This document shows positions 1-8,746 of a stretch of 64,000 nt of DNA, piece after piece (position 1 is the stretch's first letter; each line of letters begins with the position of its first letter). The position numbers and the translations under genes were made by a program. This DNA comes from Candidatus Heimdallarchaeum aukensis (GTDB lineage: Archaea; Asgardarchaeota; Heimdallarchaeia; Heimdallarchaeales; Heimdallarchaeaceae), in assembly GCA_021513695.1 (NCBI GenBank), contig CP084166.1, forward strand, positions 1,664,001 through 1,728,000, given 5' to 3'. The notes under the pieces were generated by a model. It was given only the letters and a program-made list of their open reading frames with translations. It did not search any database and was not told the origin of the DNA.

Positions 1-101
1 GTACCTTTTCGTACTTCACCAGTCTTAGCTGCATTTTCTAAAATATTCAACGATTCTTTAACTAATTCTTCTGGAATTTCAAACTTTTTATAAATTGCCA
101 T
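1..101 (-). CDS. rpl7ae: 50S ribosomal protein L7Ae (N-terminal fragment, gene continues off the window edge)
   Basis: Reverse complement of 1..101 translates to MAIYKKFEIPEELVKESLNILENAAKTGEVRKG. This matches the conserved L7Ae N-terminus (YVKFEVP...A.ETGK.KKGTNE). Start codon is complement of 99..101, preceded by GGTGA on the minus strand. Confidence 0.6.
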   Translation of the reverse strand, partial: MAIYKKFEIPEELVKESLNILENAAKTGEVRKG

Positions 102-265
102 TTTTTCACCTCAGGAACTTAAAGCCCTTCATAAGGTCATCTGTAACAAACGTATTAATTTTATTTAAAAGGATTAGTATTTGAGAGAAAAGAAAACAAG
201 ATGTTGCAAGAAAGAGGGATTTTCAATAGAAAAAATGTGAAAGAAGAAAAGAAGAAAGCACATGA

Positions 266-985
266 TTATATCTGCAATTTTTCTTTTAGTTTTTCCTTAA
301 TATCTATATCTTTTGTGAAGCGATAGTGTAAATAGAGTAGAAATAAGCCTATCACTACAGTAGGGGTTAAGACGAACAACGACCAGCTTATTGTCCTTGA
401 GATAATTATTTCAAGACAAAATGTTAACCCTCCTATTCCAAATAAAATAAAAGCAGCAATATTTGCTCCCTTTTTCTTTACTAATATTGAAGCAAGTACG
501 ACCAATGAGGAGAATAAGATAGTAACAATTACAATAGGAAGGGCATAGGTAACATACCATTCTAATCTCCAATCATCAAAGTAATCCACCAAGGCCAAGA
601 ATCCCATGACAAATGAAACTTCACCCAGAACTAGAACAACTGGCTTCTTTGGAAACAACAAAGGGATTGCTGTAGTACCCCAAATAAATAAAAATGCTAA
701 CATCGGAAACCTAGCCCATGTTATACTTTTATTGATTATCAAATCTAAAAAGGTTGTAATCAAAAATGGTAAAGTAAGAGATATACTTACTATTTCTAAA
801 GCAAACATTCTTTTTTCTTTGTCAGTTCTTTTTCTTACTGGATTTTCTTCAATTGGTTCATCAGGATATTTTTTAGTAACCCGTGTCTCACTAACACCTT
901 CTAATTTTTGTATAGGAGTATCACATAAAGGGCATTTTTCTACTCCTGCATCAACCTCTACTCCACATCTAGAACAATATGGCAT
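266..985 (-). CDS. membrane protein with N-terminal C4 zinc ribbon
   Basis: The ORF begins MPYCSRCGVEVDAGVEKCPLCDTPI (CxxC-x13-CxxC). About 6 hydrophobic transmembrane-like segments follow. No recognisable enzymatic motif. Confidence 0.45.
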   Translation of the reverse strand: MPYCSRCGVEVDAGVEKCPLCDTPIQKLEGVSETRVTKKYPDEPIEENPVRKRTDKEKRMFALEIVSISLTLPFLITTFLDLIINKSITWARFPMLAFLFIWGTTAIPLLFPKKPVVLVLGEVSFVMGFLALVDYFDDWRLEWYVTYALPIVIVTILFSSLVVLASILVKKKGANIAAFILFGIGGLTFCLEIIISRTISWSLFVLTPTVVIGLFLLYLHYRFTKDIDIKEKLKEKLQI

Positions 986-1079
986 GTTTTTTACTCAGTC
1001 ACAGTATTTTTTAAATTTATGCTTGAATAATTTCAATCTAACTTTAACAAAAAAAATAGAGTAATTTCTCAAAAAAACC

Positions 1080-2432
1080 TTAATTAGATTCAACCTTAAC
1101 TGGAATACCCATTTTAACAATTTTTCTAAAGAAAGTTTTTTCCAGTTCTTTACAGTCACTGACATTTCCAAAGTTGATATACATTTTATCTTTAAAACTA
1201 ACAACACCACAGCTTACTTTTCTTGTAGGGTTAGTTCCAGGAAGAAATTGAAAATCCTCAATATGCTCTTCTATTTCTGAGGGAAGTTTTACAAGTCCTA
1301 AGTTTGACAGAGAACCAGAGTATCTTTTTTCACCATAACTCATGTAAATAAGTCGACCAAATAACTTTTTAACAAATAAGGGCATTATCCGCAGAATAGG
1401 ATTAAGTTCAGCTCTTACATTTTGCCTAATACTCTGGCTGATGTACTTATCATTGAGTTCGGTTCGCATGAAGTGGTATACTTCTTTCACTATTTCATTG
1501 AAAGTAAATTTACCAAGGCGAGGATCAATCCCAGGAGTAACAAATAAGGAAAAATTTCTCATGGTTTTACTAGGATAAATACGACGAAGATTTATGGGAA
1601 TTGAGACTCTTATAGGCTTTAATTTTCTCTTTGACTTATTTTTTAAAAGATTGAACTGAATTTCTTGTAAAGAGTCCAAATATATAGCTACGAGAAACTC
1701 AGTTACAGTCACATTATATTCTTTAGCTTTTTTTATGAATTCTTTTACAGGTATTATTCCTGTAGTAACATGATAAACACCTTCTTTTTCAAGTTTATAG
1801 GGGAGTCTGAATGCTTTTGGAGGAAGTTTGATCGAAGGTAAATCTTTATCATAGAATTTTTTGTAAGAATCTTCATATTCCTCAAAATTTGGTTCGTCGC
1901 TAATATCAAAAGCACCTTCAATTTTTGAGACTTCAACACCACGTAATTTCAAATATTCCACAACAAGAGTTTTTAGAAATATAATTCCACCTGTACCATC
2001 AGTTATTGAGTGGTGAAATTCAACTGCGATACGATTTTTGAAAGCTCTTACTCTTAAAGGAAAAGTACCTCTTTTTCTTACACGTAGTTCTTTACAAGGA
2101 TATTTTGAATCTGCTTCTACACGGGGAAAAGTTTTTAGCTTTCGGAGGTAATACCAAAAAAGACCAGGACGTAGATTTACTCTAAAATAAGGAAAGCGAA
2201 CTATGGTTCTATTGAGTGCAGTTTGAAGAAGGTTAACATTAATAGGTTCTTTTAAAGTTGCAGATAGTCGAAAAAGAGCAGGTATCCTTGATGAAGAGAC
2301 CAGTGAAAAGATTATCGCTGCATTATCTAAGCGAAACCATTCACGGAAACTTTCTTTATTTTCATTCATTTCTATCACAAATGCACTCTTAGACCTAATT
2401 GTTTTATCTTCATAAAGATATATCCAACGCAC
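1080..2432 (-). CDS. HHxxxDG acyltransferase, condensation-domain / WS-DGAT-like superfamily (paralog 1)
   Basis: Contains EFHHSITDGTGG, the catalytic HHxxxDG motif of CoA-dependent acyltransferases (NRPS condensation, WS/DGAT, PapA5). About 450 aa with a standalone domain architecture. Roughly 60% identical by eye to the next ORF. Confidence 0.55.
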   Translation of the reverse strand: MRWIYLYEDKTIRSKSAFVIEMNENKESFREWFRLDNAAIIFSLVSSSRIPALFRLSATLKEPINVNLLQTALNRTIVRFPYFRVNLRPGLFWYYLRKLKTFPRVEADSKYPCKELRVRKRGTFPLRVRAFKNRIAVEFHHSITDGTGGIIFLKTLVVEYLKLRGVEVSKIEGAFDISDEPNFEEYEDSYKKFYDKDLPSIKLPPKAFRLPYKLEKEGVYHVTTGIIPVKEFIKKAKEYNVTVTEFLVAIYLDSLQEIQFNLLKNKSKRKLKPIRVSIPINLRRIYPSKTMRNFSLFVTPGIDPRLGKFTFNEIVKEVYHFMRTELNDKYISQSIRQNVRAELNPILRIMPLFVKKLFGRLIYMSYGEKRYSGSLSNLGLVKLPSEIEEHIEDFQFLPGTNPTRKVSCGVVSFKDKMYINFGNVSDCKELEKTFFRKIVKMGIPVKVESN

Positions 2433-2491
2433 TATTTATACTTTCATTTAGCAAAATAATAAAGAAGTAAATTTAATTATAACCAATTTTT

Positions 2492-3826
2492 TTAATTGGT
2501 TTCAATCTTTACTCTCAATCCTAGTTTTCTTAATCTTGTGAAAAACAACCTCTCAACTTCTGATTCTTTCACCACTCTCCCAAAGTTAATATATAAATTA
2601 TCTTTAAAACTTACAATTGCACAACCTGTTTTTAATACTGGACTAGGGGCGGGAAGGAATTGAAAGTCTTCAATGTAGTTTTCTAATGGAACAGGCATTG
2701 AGACTTTACCTAAATTAGTTAAGACGCCAGAATAAAGAAACTCTCCAAGATGGTTATAAATTAATTTTCCAAACATTTTTTTGATGAATAATGGTGTTGT
2801 TTGCATAAGGGGATGAAGTTCTCCTCGTACATTTCTAGCGATTTGTTGATTAATATACTTATCATTTACTTCTATTCTCATATAATGATATACTTCTTTT
2901 ACTATTTCATCAAAAGTAAATTTACCAAGACGAGGATCAATCCCAGGAGTAACATAGAGAGAAAAGTTTCTCATGGTTTTACTGGGATAAATGCGACGAA
3001 GATTCACAGGAATCATTAACCGTATTGGTTTCAGTAATCTCTTTTTTTGCTTTTCAGGTAAAGAAAATAGAATTTCTTGTAAAACATCAATATAAACAGC
3101 TGAAATGAATTCGGTTAAAGATACAGAATGGCTTTTCGTGATCTTCAGTAAATCCCGTATCGGAACTATTCCAGTAGTAATATGATAAATACCCTTTTTT
3201 TCAAGCTTATAAGGAAGATGGAAAGCCCGCATAATCTTTTCAGGTTCAGGAACGGTTTTCTCATAATACCGCTTAAAAGCATCTTCAAATTCTTCAGGGT
3301 CGGGTTTCTGATCAGGACGAAAAACATCTTTCCAATCTTCTACATTAACCCCTAAAAGATTAAAATATTCACCCACTAGAGCTCGGAGAAAAGTTAAAGC
3401 TCCTGTACCATCAGTTAAAGAATGATGGAACTCCACTGCAATGCGATTCTGATAAGCACGAACACGAAAAGGAAGAAAACCACGCCTTCTTATTGGCATT
3501 TTTTGACAAGGATTACGTTCATCTAAGATAACTTTAGGCTTTCCTCTAATTTCACGCCAATGATACCAAGAAAAACCAGGACGTAAATTAACGGAATAAT
3601 ATGGAAAACGAGGGAGAATATTCTCAAAAGCTTGTTGCAAAATATTAACTTTCACTGGTTCTTTAAGAGTAGAGGATAGTCTGAATAAACAAGGGATCCT
3701 CCGACTAGAAACCAAACTAAATAGAGTAGCGGCATTATCCAAAAGATAACGATTGTTTTTACAAACGAGTTCTCTACTCACTATAAGTTCATTCATATTT
3801 TCTTTATCAGGGTGTGATTGTTTCAA
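2492..3826 (-). CDS. HHxxxDG acyltransferase, condensation-domain / WS-DGAT-like superfamily (paralog 2)
   Basis: Contains EFHHSLTDGTGA. Many blocks are shared with the upstream paralog (RIPxLFRLS, NLRPGxxWY, NRIAVEFHHS, IYPSKTMRNFSL, GIDPRLGKFTF, EDFQFLP). This is a tandem duplicate. Confidence 0.55.
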   Translation of the reverse strand: MKQSHPDKENMNELIVSRELVCKNNRYLLDNAATLFSLVSSRRIPCLFRLSSTLKEPVKVNILQQAFENILPRFPYYSVNLRPGFSWYHWREIRGKPKVILDERNPCQKMPIRRRGFLPFRVRAYQNRIAVEFHHSLTDGTGALTFLRALVGEYFNLLGVNVEDWKDVFRPDQKPDPEEFEDAFKRYYEKTVPEPEKIMRAFHLPYKLEKKGIYHITTGIVPIRDLLKITKSHSVSLTEFISAVYIDVLQEILFSLPEKQKKRLLKPIRLMIPVNLRRIYPSKTMRNFSLYVTPGIDPRLGKFTFDEIVKEVYHYMRIEVNDKYINQQIARNVRGELHPLMQTTPLFIKKMFGKLIYNHLGEFLYSGVLTNLGKVSMPVPLENYIEDFQFLPAPSPVLKTGCAIVSFKDNLYINFGRVVKESEVERLFFTRLRKLGLRVKIETN

Positions 3827-3902
3827 ATTCTCACCAACATACTCATTAGAAATTAACTACTTATTTGTTTACTAAACATTATTTAGGTAGATATTTAATG
3901 CT

Positions 3903-4724
3903 TCATTTTGCTGAAGAAGATGAATGAATAAAAAACTTTGCAATTCGTGTAGCAATATAAGCAACAACAGATAGTCCAAAAAGTAAGTATAACCCACTAT
4001 CAACTAATAAAGCAGCTGTCGCCCAATAAATGAAAGAAACAAACTTTTTAGTGAGAGTAAGATCACGAAGCAAATAGGGAATACGTAAAATAAGAGTAGC
4101 AGCAATAACATAAAGCATGGGAGCAAAACCTATGGAGATAAGTTTAGCTCGCAAAGTGGGGCCACGTCGGAAAGTAGTAAACTCTGGATGAAAATCAGGG
4201 CTCTTCCTTTTCTCGTACTTGGAGAGTAAAATAGGTATTGGGACAGTAACTTTGGAGAGAGAATCTTTTCTAACATGTATAAAGTGAAATCCACGTTCTT
4301 CAAAAAGTGCAATTAATTTGTAAGCAGCTTCAAAATCAACCTTTAAATCATAAGCAACAAGTTTTTTTGTACGAATACGAATTAAATAAGCTTTGTCATA
4401 AGATAACAAATAGATACCAAATAGTTCAGAGAAAAGCCACTCCTTATTATTTTTAGGCTCTCGAATGATAAATTTATCAACATTAAAATCAATGATTATT
4501 TCTCCACGGATAATTAAATAAACTAAAGTAAGCAAAAGAGCGTTTAACAAACCAAAATAAAACCAAAGACTTAAACCAAATAAATGTCCAATATGAATAT
4601 CATTTCGATAAGGGATATAATAAGCTAAAGAAGTAACTACAATAAGCAAAAATAGGGTAGAGTACCTAACACGCATCCGTTGCTCAAAATATCCATTATC
4701 AAAGGAGTAATCCATAGTTGTCAA
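3903..4724 (-). CDS. hypothetical polytopic membrane protein
   Basis: 273 aa with hydrophobic helices at both ends and a charged central domain. Same strand as the acyltransferase pair, immediately downstream of it. Confidence 0.4.
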   Translation of the reverse strand: MTTMDYSFDNGYFEQRMRVRYSTLFLLIVVTSLAYYIPYRNDIHIGHLFGLSLWFYFGLLNALLLTLVYLIIRGEIIIDFNVDKFIIREPKNNKEWLFSELFGIYLLSYDKAYLIRIRTKKLVAYDLKVDFEAAYKLIALFEERGFHFIHVRKDSLSKVTVPIPILLSKYEKRKSPDFHPEFTTFRRGPTLRAKLISIGFAPMLYVIAATLILRIPYLLRDLTLTKKFVSFIYWATAALLVDSGLYLLFGLSVVAYIATRIAKFFIHSSSSAK

Positions 4725-4840
4725 GATGTAATAAACAAGGAAACATTATAAAACTTTTTCATTATAATAATATTCTCCAAGGATAAAATAGTTAAAAATA
4801 AAGAAAAAGAAAAAAATAAAGAAGTAGAGAGAGAGAAGAA

Positions 4841-5395
4841 CTAAAAACTAAAGTCATCAAATTCTTGTTCCTGAATATATTGGGATAAGGATAACTCCAA
4901 AAAAGGAGAAAGAGCAACATAAGACCATTGACCAATTACTTCAACAAAAATAATCAAATCAGGATTTTCTAAATCAACCTTTCCAGAAGAAATCTTAGTA
5001 GCAATAGAGGAGATAATAGACTTTCTATCTAACTGAGTGTGCCGACGACGTAAAAGGATTTTCCATTTCTGCTCCGGCCCAATTTCACAAGAGAAGAGAG
5101 AACCAATTTGTGCAAAATTGTCTAAAGAAGAAGAAATTTCATACTGAAAAGGAACCAACTTTAGAGTGTATCTGAAAATAGAAGGATCAGACTCAACTAT
5201 ATCAGACAAAAGCTGTAAAGTATAAACAGAATCAGGATCAAAAAAAGCTAAAGATAAACCAGAAATTTTCTTAATGGGATAAACAGTAACATTATCATAA
5301 TCTAATAATTCAGTAAGAGCGTAATAGACCTCACTAGATGCACTTCGCTCAAAATTTCTAGCACTAGAAATAACAAAACCATTCTTTTTGTTCAT
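4841..5395 (-). CDS. THUMP domain-containing protein (tRNA-modification associated)
   Basis: C-terminal region GKVDLENPDLIIFVEVIGQWSYVALS resembles the THUMP signature (VDLknPDvvi.vei.g..ayvsl). About 184 aa, as in archaeal stand-alone THUMP proteins. Divergent from the tRNA gene. Confidence 0.5.
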   Translation of the reverse strand: MNKKNGFVISSARNFERSASSEVYYALTELLDYDNVTVYPIKKISGLSLAFFDPDSVYTLQLLSDIVESDPSIFRYTLKLVPFQYEISSSLDNFAQIGSLFSCEIGPEQKWKILLRRRHTQLDRKSIISSIATKISSGKVDLENPDLIIFVEVIGQWSYVALSPFLELSLSQYIQEQEFDDFSF

Positions 5396-5571
5396 AAGAA
5401 AGATGAAAAATAAAGATTTTAAAAGATTGCTTAAAGAGAAGAGAGAAAAAAAAGAAAAAAAAGAGAAAAAAGAGAATAAAGAGACGAACTATGCAAACAA
5501 TAAGAACAGAAAAGAAAAGTTAATAAAAGGTGTAAAAGAGTAGAAACAAGAAACATAAAAAAACAAAAAAA

Positions 5572-5693
5572 AGCGCGGTGGGATAGATGGTCAAGTCCGC
5601 TGGGCTCATATTTTAGCCCGCTTTAGAGCCTATAGCCGGGTTCTATAAGGAGAAACCCAGAGATCGGTGGTTCAAATCCACCCCGCGCTACCA
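5572..5693 (+). tRNA. initiator tRNA-Met (anticodon CAU) with a 44-nt intron at the canonical 37/38 position (5611..5654) and an encoded CCA
   Basis: Acceptor stem AGCGCGG/CCGCGCU with an A1:U72 pair, the archaeal initiator hallmark. D arm GGAU/GUCC around the loop AGAUGGUCAA. Anticodon arm CUGGG-CUCAUAA-CCCAG with three G:C pairs next to the loop. T arm GGUGG-UUCAAAU-CCACC, discriminator A73, CCA at 5691..5693. The intron is TTTTAGCCCG...AAGGAGAA. Confidence 0.8.
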
Positions 5694-5695
5694 GT

Positions 5696-5712
5696 CTTTT
5701 ATTTTTACAATT
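5696..5712 (+). terminator. oligo-T tract downstream of tRNA (archaeal-type terminator candidate)
   Basis: CTTTTATTTTTAC lies immediately after the CCA end. Archaeal RNAP terminates at oligo-T runs. Confidence 0.3.
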
Positions 5713-5848
5713 TTGTTATTTTTGTTTTCTATTTCTCTTAATTTTCATTTACTCTTTTACTAATTTCCATTTTTCTATTTCTTTTATTGTTTCAAATTTT
5801 ATTCTCCTTTTGTAAGCATTTAAATATTTGATTTTCATTTTTTATCTA

Positions 5849-6790
5849 ATGTCTGATGATTACATCGTTCAAGTTAAGCATTTATCCCGTCGTTTTGGTT
5901 CTCGTATGGTTGTTTATAATCTTTCCATGAATATTCCCAAAGGTTACATTTATGGTTTATTAGGTCCCAATGGTGCTGGTAAAAGTACTACTATTAAGAC
6001 TTTAACTGGCCGCATTCGCCCTACTTCTGGTAATGTTCGTGTTTTTGGTTTAGACCCTTGGACACATCGTAAGCTAATTAATTTTCGTCTTGGTTATTTA
6101 CCTGAGAACCCTTCTTTTTATCAAGATATGAAAGTTTTATCCTTTACTCGTCTTATGGCTCGTCTTTACAACTTTTCTCGTTCTGAAGCTCTTTCTCGTG
6201 CGCGTATTGTTTTAGATTTACTGGGATTGGGGCGTTTTGAAGATTACCGAGTTGGTAATTTATCTCAAGGTCAAAAACAACGTCTAGGCTTTGCTTGTGC
6301 CATCCTTAACGAACCTGAATTCCTTATTTTGGATGAGCCTACAGCTAATCTTGACCCTGAAGGTCGTGTTTATGTTATGGAATTAATTTCTCGTTTACGA
6401 GATGAAGGTAAAACTATTCTCATCAGCAGTCACATTTTACCTGAGATTGAGCGTATGTGTGACCATATTGGTATTATTTCTAATGGTCATCTTTTGACTT
6501 CTCAAAAGACTACTCAATTGATCAAAGATGTTTATGATCTTGAGTACAAGATTGTTGTTTCCGACCCTGAAACTTTGGTTAAGGAGTTTTCTGGCTGGGA
6601 TTTTATAGCTAATTTTACTCTTGAAGATAACCTAATTATTGTTGAAATCAAAAATGATCGCCTTAATGACTTATGGAAGGCCGTTCCCAAATTTTGCTCT
6701 GAAAATAACATTGAACTTCGTACTATGTCCCCTGTTAAAGATCCTTTGGAAAAGGTTTTCTTATCATTAGTTCACACTGGAGGTGCTTAA
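5849..6790 (+). CDS. ABC transporter ATP-binding protein (ABC-2 type)
   Basis: Walker A GPNGAGKST, signature LSQGQKQR, Walker B ILDEPTANLD and the H-loop are all present. The ORF track starts at TTG 5828; ATG at 5849 (MSDDYIV) is the more plausible start. Confidence 0.85.
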   Translation: MSDDYIVQVKHLSRRFGSRMVVYNLSMNIPKGYIYGLLGPNGAGKSTTIKTLTGRIRPTSGNVRVFGLDPWTHRKLINFRLGYLPENPSFYQDMKVLSFTRLMARLYNFSRSEALSRARIVLDLLGLGRFEDYRVGNLSQGQKQRLGFACAILNEPEFLILDEPTANLDPEGRVYVMELISRLRDEGKTILISSHILPEIERMCDHIGIISNGHLLTSQKTTQLIKDVYDLEYKIVVSDPETLVKEFSGWDFIANFTLEDNLIIVEIKNDRLNDLWKAVPKFCSENNIELRTMSPVKDPLEKVFLSLVHTGGA

Positions 6791-6792
6791 TT

Positions 6793-7665
6793 TTGAATAA
6801 CAGTTTCGCGACAGTTTTCAACAGATTTGGTAATTTTTATCGCCGTTCTGGTTTATCTTTGAAATCTTTCATTATTTCAAAACATACTTTTAATCAGAAT
6901 CTTAAAAACAAGCGTTTTTACATTATTTTCTTTTACTTTTTACTTCCTGTTTTAGGTAGTATTTTCGACGTTTTAATTTCTGAACCTTCTTATTATTCTG
7001 GAAAAGCTTACGCTGTTTATCAAATTCATCAGTCTCTCAATAATACTTTACAAGTTTGGTGGATGTCCATTTTTGGTCAATTATTTATTATCCTTATTGC
7101 AAGTGACGCTATTTCTAGTGAGTTTGAGAAAGGGACCATCTTGTCTCTTAAATCTCGCCCTATTAGTGACATAGACATTTTTTTGGGTAAGTTTATTGGA
7201 ATTACTCTTCTTTCTTCTATATTGGTTATTCCTGGGGGATTTATTATTTATCTCACTCAAATTTGGACTTATTCTCCAAAGAATTTTTGGTGGGTGTTCT
7301 GGCACTCTCTTGACGAATTAATTGTCAGTCTGTTAGTTGTAATATTGGGTTTTATGTTACTTCTAAGCATCTGTTTTCTCTTCTCTTCAATATTCAACAA
7401 ATCTCTTCAAGCTACTTTAGTTTCTTTACTTGTTATCTTTGCTGTCCAGCTCCTATCCTCTGTCTTTTCTTTTTCTGATAATTTAATAAGTAAATTTAAC
7501 ATCACTCGCTATTTACAACATTTTCTCAACCCTGTTCTATACAATGTCAATACAATAACTACATCAGGATCCATTACAAACGAGCTTATAGGCTTTATTG
7601 CTTTAATAGTCATTTTACAGATTATTGGTTTTTGGATTTTTAGTAAAAAGGAGGTTCATCAATGA
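6793..7665 (+). CDS. ABC-2 family transporter permease
   Basis: Six hydrophobic helices. TTG start sits 2 nt after the ATPase stop. The ORF end overlaps the next gene by 4 nt, giving an operon arrangement. Confidence 0.6.
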   Translation: MNNSFATVFNRFGNFYRRSGLSLKSFIISKHTFNQNLKNKRFYIIFFYFLLPVLGSIFDVLISEPSYYSGKAYAVYQIHQSLNNTLQVWWMSIFGQLFIILIASDAISSEFEKGTILSLKSRPISDIDIFLGKFIGITLLSSILVIPGGFIIYLTQIWTYSPKNFWWVFWHSLDELIVSLLVVILGFMLLLSICFLFSSIFNKSLQATLVSLLVIFAVQLLSSVFSFSDNLISKFNITRYLQHFLNPVLYNVNTITTSGSITNELIGFIALIVILQIIGFWIFSKKEVHQ

Positions 7666-8726
7666 AATTTAGATCTATTTCTCGAATAATGTGTTTAACT
7701 CTCGTTCTTTTTATTTTTAGTTCATCTATTATCTTTGCTGCAGAAACTACAACAGAGCAAGGAGCTAAAACCAGACTAGAGTTGTTAAAAGAATTTGTTC
7801 AGGATAATTACTTAAACGACAGTTTTTCTAACGAACTCGGACAGAACTCCTCTGTTGAATCCACTTACTATGGTGTTTTATTGTCTGATTATTTGAAAAT
7901 TAGTTATGACGTTTACGACATTATTTTCTACATCCAGAAACATCAGAAAAGCAATTATGGTTTTTCTAACCAAGTGGATCAAGAAACAACCATTAATGCT
8001 ACCTTTTTTGCTGTTCAAACATTAAAACAATTAGGTATTGGTAGCGAAGATCTTAACCATTGGCAGATTTTTCAATATCTTAACGAAACCATTTCTGAGA
8101 TTCTTTATAACCCCTCGACCTATGTTAATTTAACCACACAAGATATTTATTCCATTTATCGTTTCTTTCTAACTAGCTCTATTTTGAATGAAACTGTACT
8201 ATTTCCTTATAATTCCTTACTTGCCGCTCTAAAGCACATACAGTTCACAAATGGTACTTTCCCAAGTTTCTATTACGCTATTGAAGTTGTTTACCTTCTT
8301 TCTCTTTTTGAACAGTCGCCTATCGATGTACAAGGAACAATTCGTTATCTCAAGTCATTTCGTTTTAATGATACTGGATTTGCAAAAGACTCCTCTGACG
8401 TCATTTCTATAAAAGATACTTACTACGCAATCTCTACGATTTCTATGTTAGGTGGAGAAATCGAAAATAAGAATAAGATTGTCGATGCTATTTTAGATCT
8501 GCAAGCTCCTGAGGGAGGTTTTATGGATAAAAAAGGTCATAAGCCTACTCTTGAGAGTTCTTATCTCGCTTACCAGATCCTTGTTTTAGTCAACAATATA
8601 AACAGTTTAAACCAGCTAGCCTTTTTAGAATCTACTGGTTTTCTGAATTTTAACTTTATAATAATAGGGAGCATAACTCTATTTTCGTTGTTTATAATCA
8701 GAAAAAAAAGAAATAAAAAAGTTTAA
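7662..8726 (+). CDS. secreted, C-terminally membrane-anchored protein with prenyltransferase/squalene-oxidase-like (alpha-alpha toroid) repeats
   Basis: N-terminal signal peptide MKFRSISRIMCLTLVLFIFSSSIIFA. About six repeats with YY(G/A)(V/I) and GGF-type motifs (STYYGVLL, TFFAVQTL, FYYAIEVV, DTYYAIST, QAPEGGFMDKKGH, SSYLAYQIL). C-terminal transmembrane helix plus RKKRNKK tail. The 4-nt start overlap couples it to the permease. Confidence 0.45.
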   Translation: MKFRSISRIMCLTLVLFIFSSSIIFAAETTTEQGAKTRLELLKEFVQDNYLNDSFSNELGQNSSVESTYYGVLLSDYLKISYDVYDIIFYIQKHQKSNYGFSNQVDQETTINATFFAVQTLKQLGIGSEDLNHWQIFQYLNETISEILYNPSTYVNLTTQDIYSIYRFFLTSSILNETVLFPYNSLLAALKHIQFTNGTFPSFYYAIEVVYLLSLFEQSPIDVQGTIRYLKSFRFNDTGFAKDSSDVISIKDTYYAISTISMLGGEIENKNKIVDAILDLQAPEGGFMDKKGHKPTLESSYLAYQILVLVNNINSLNQLAFLESTGFLNFNFIIIGSITLFSLFIIRKKRNKKV

Positions 8727-8746
8727 TTTTTTTTAATTTCTATATT

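Noticed and set aside
606-1064. 152-aa ORF on the plus strand fully overlapping the minus-strand membrane-protein gene
   Set aside because: It is antisense to a better-supported ORF. It has low complexity, no motifs and no independent start context.
1080-3826. HHxxxDG proteins as part of a nonribosomal peptide synthetase
   Set aside because: There are no adenylation, thiolation or thioesterase domains anywhere in the window. The two ORFs are discrete proteins of about 450 aa with their own starts and stops, consistent with stand-alone acyltransferases.
5572-5693. Alternative reading of the tRNA as elongator Met/Ile2 (CAU), or as a long-variable-arm tRNA without an intron
   Set aside because: The A1:U72 pair and three G:C pairs in the anticodon stem are initiator-specific. 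The extra 44 nt fall exactly between positions 37 and 38 and restore a normal 5-nt variable loop when removed. So an intron is the simplest explanation.
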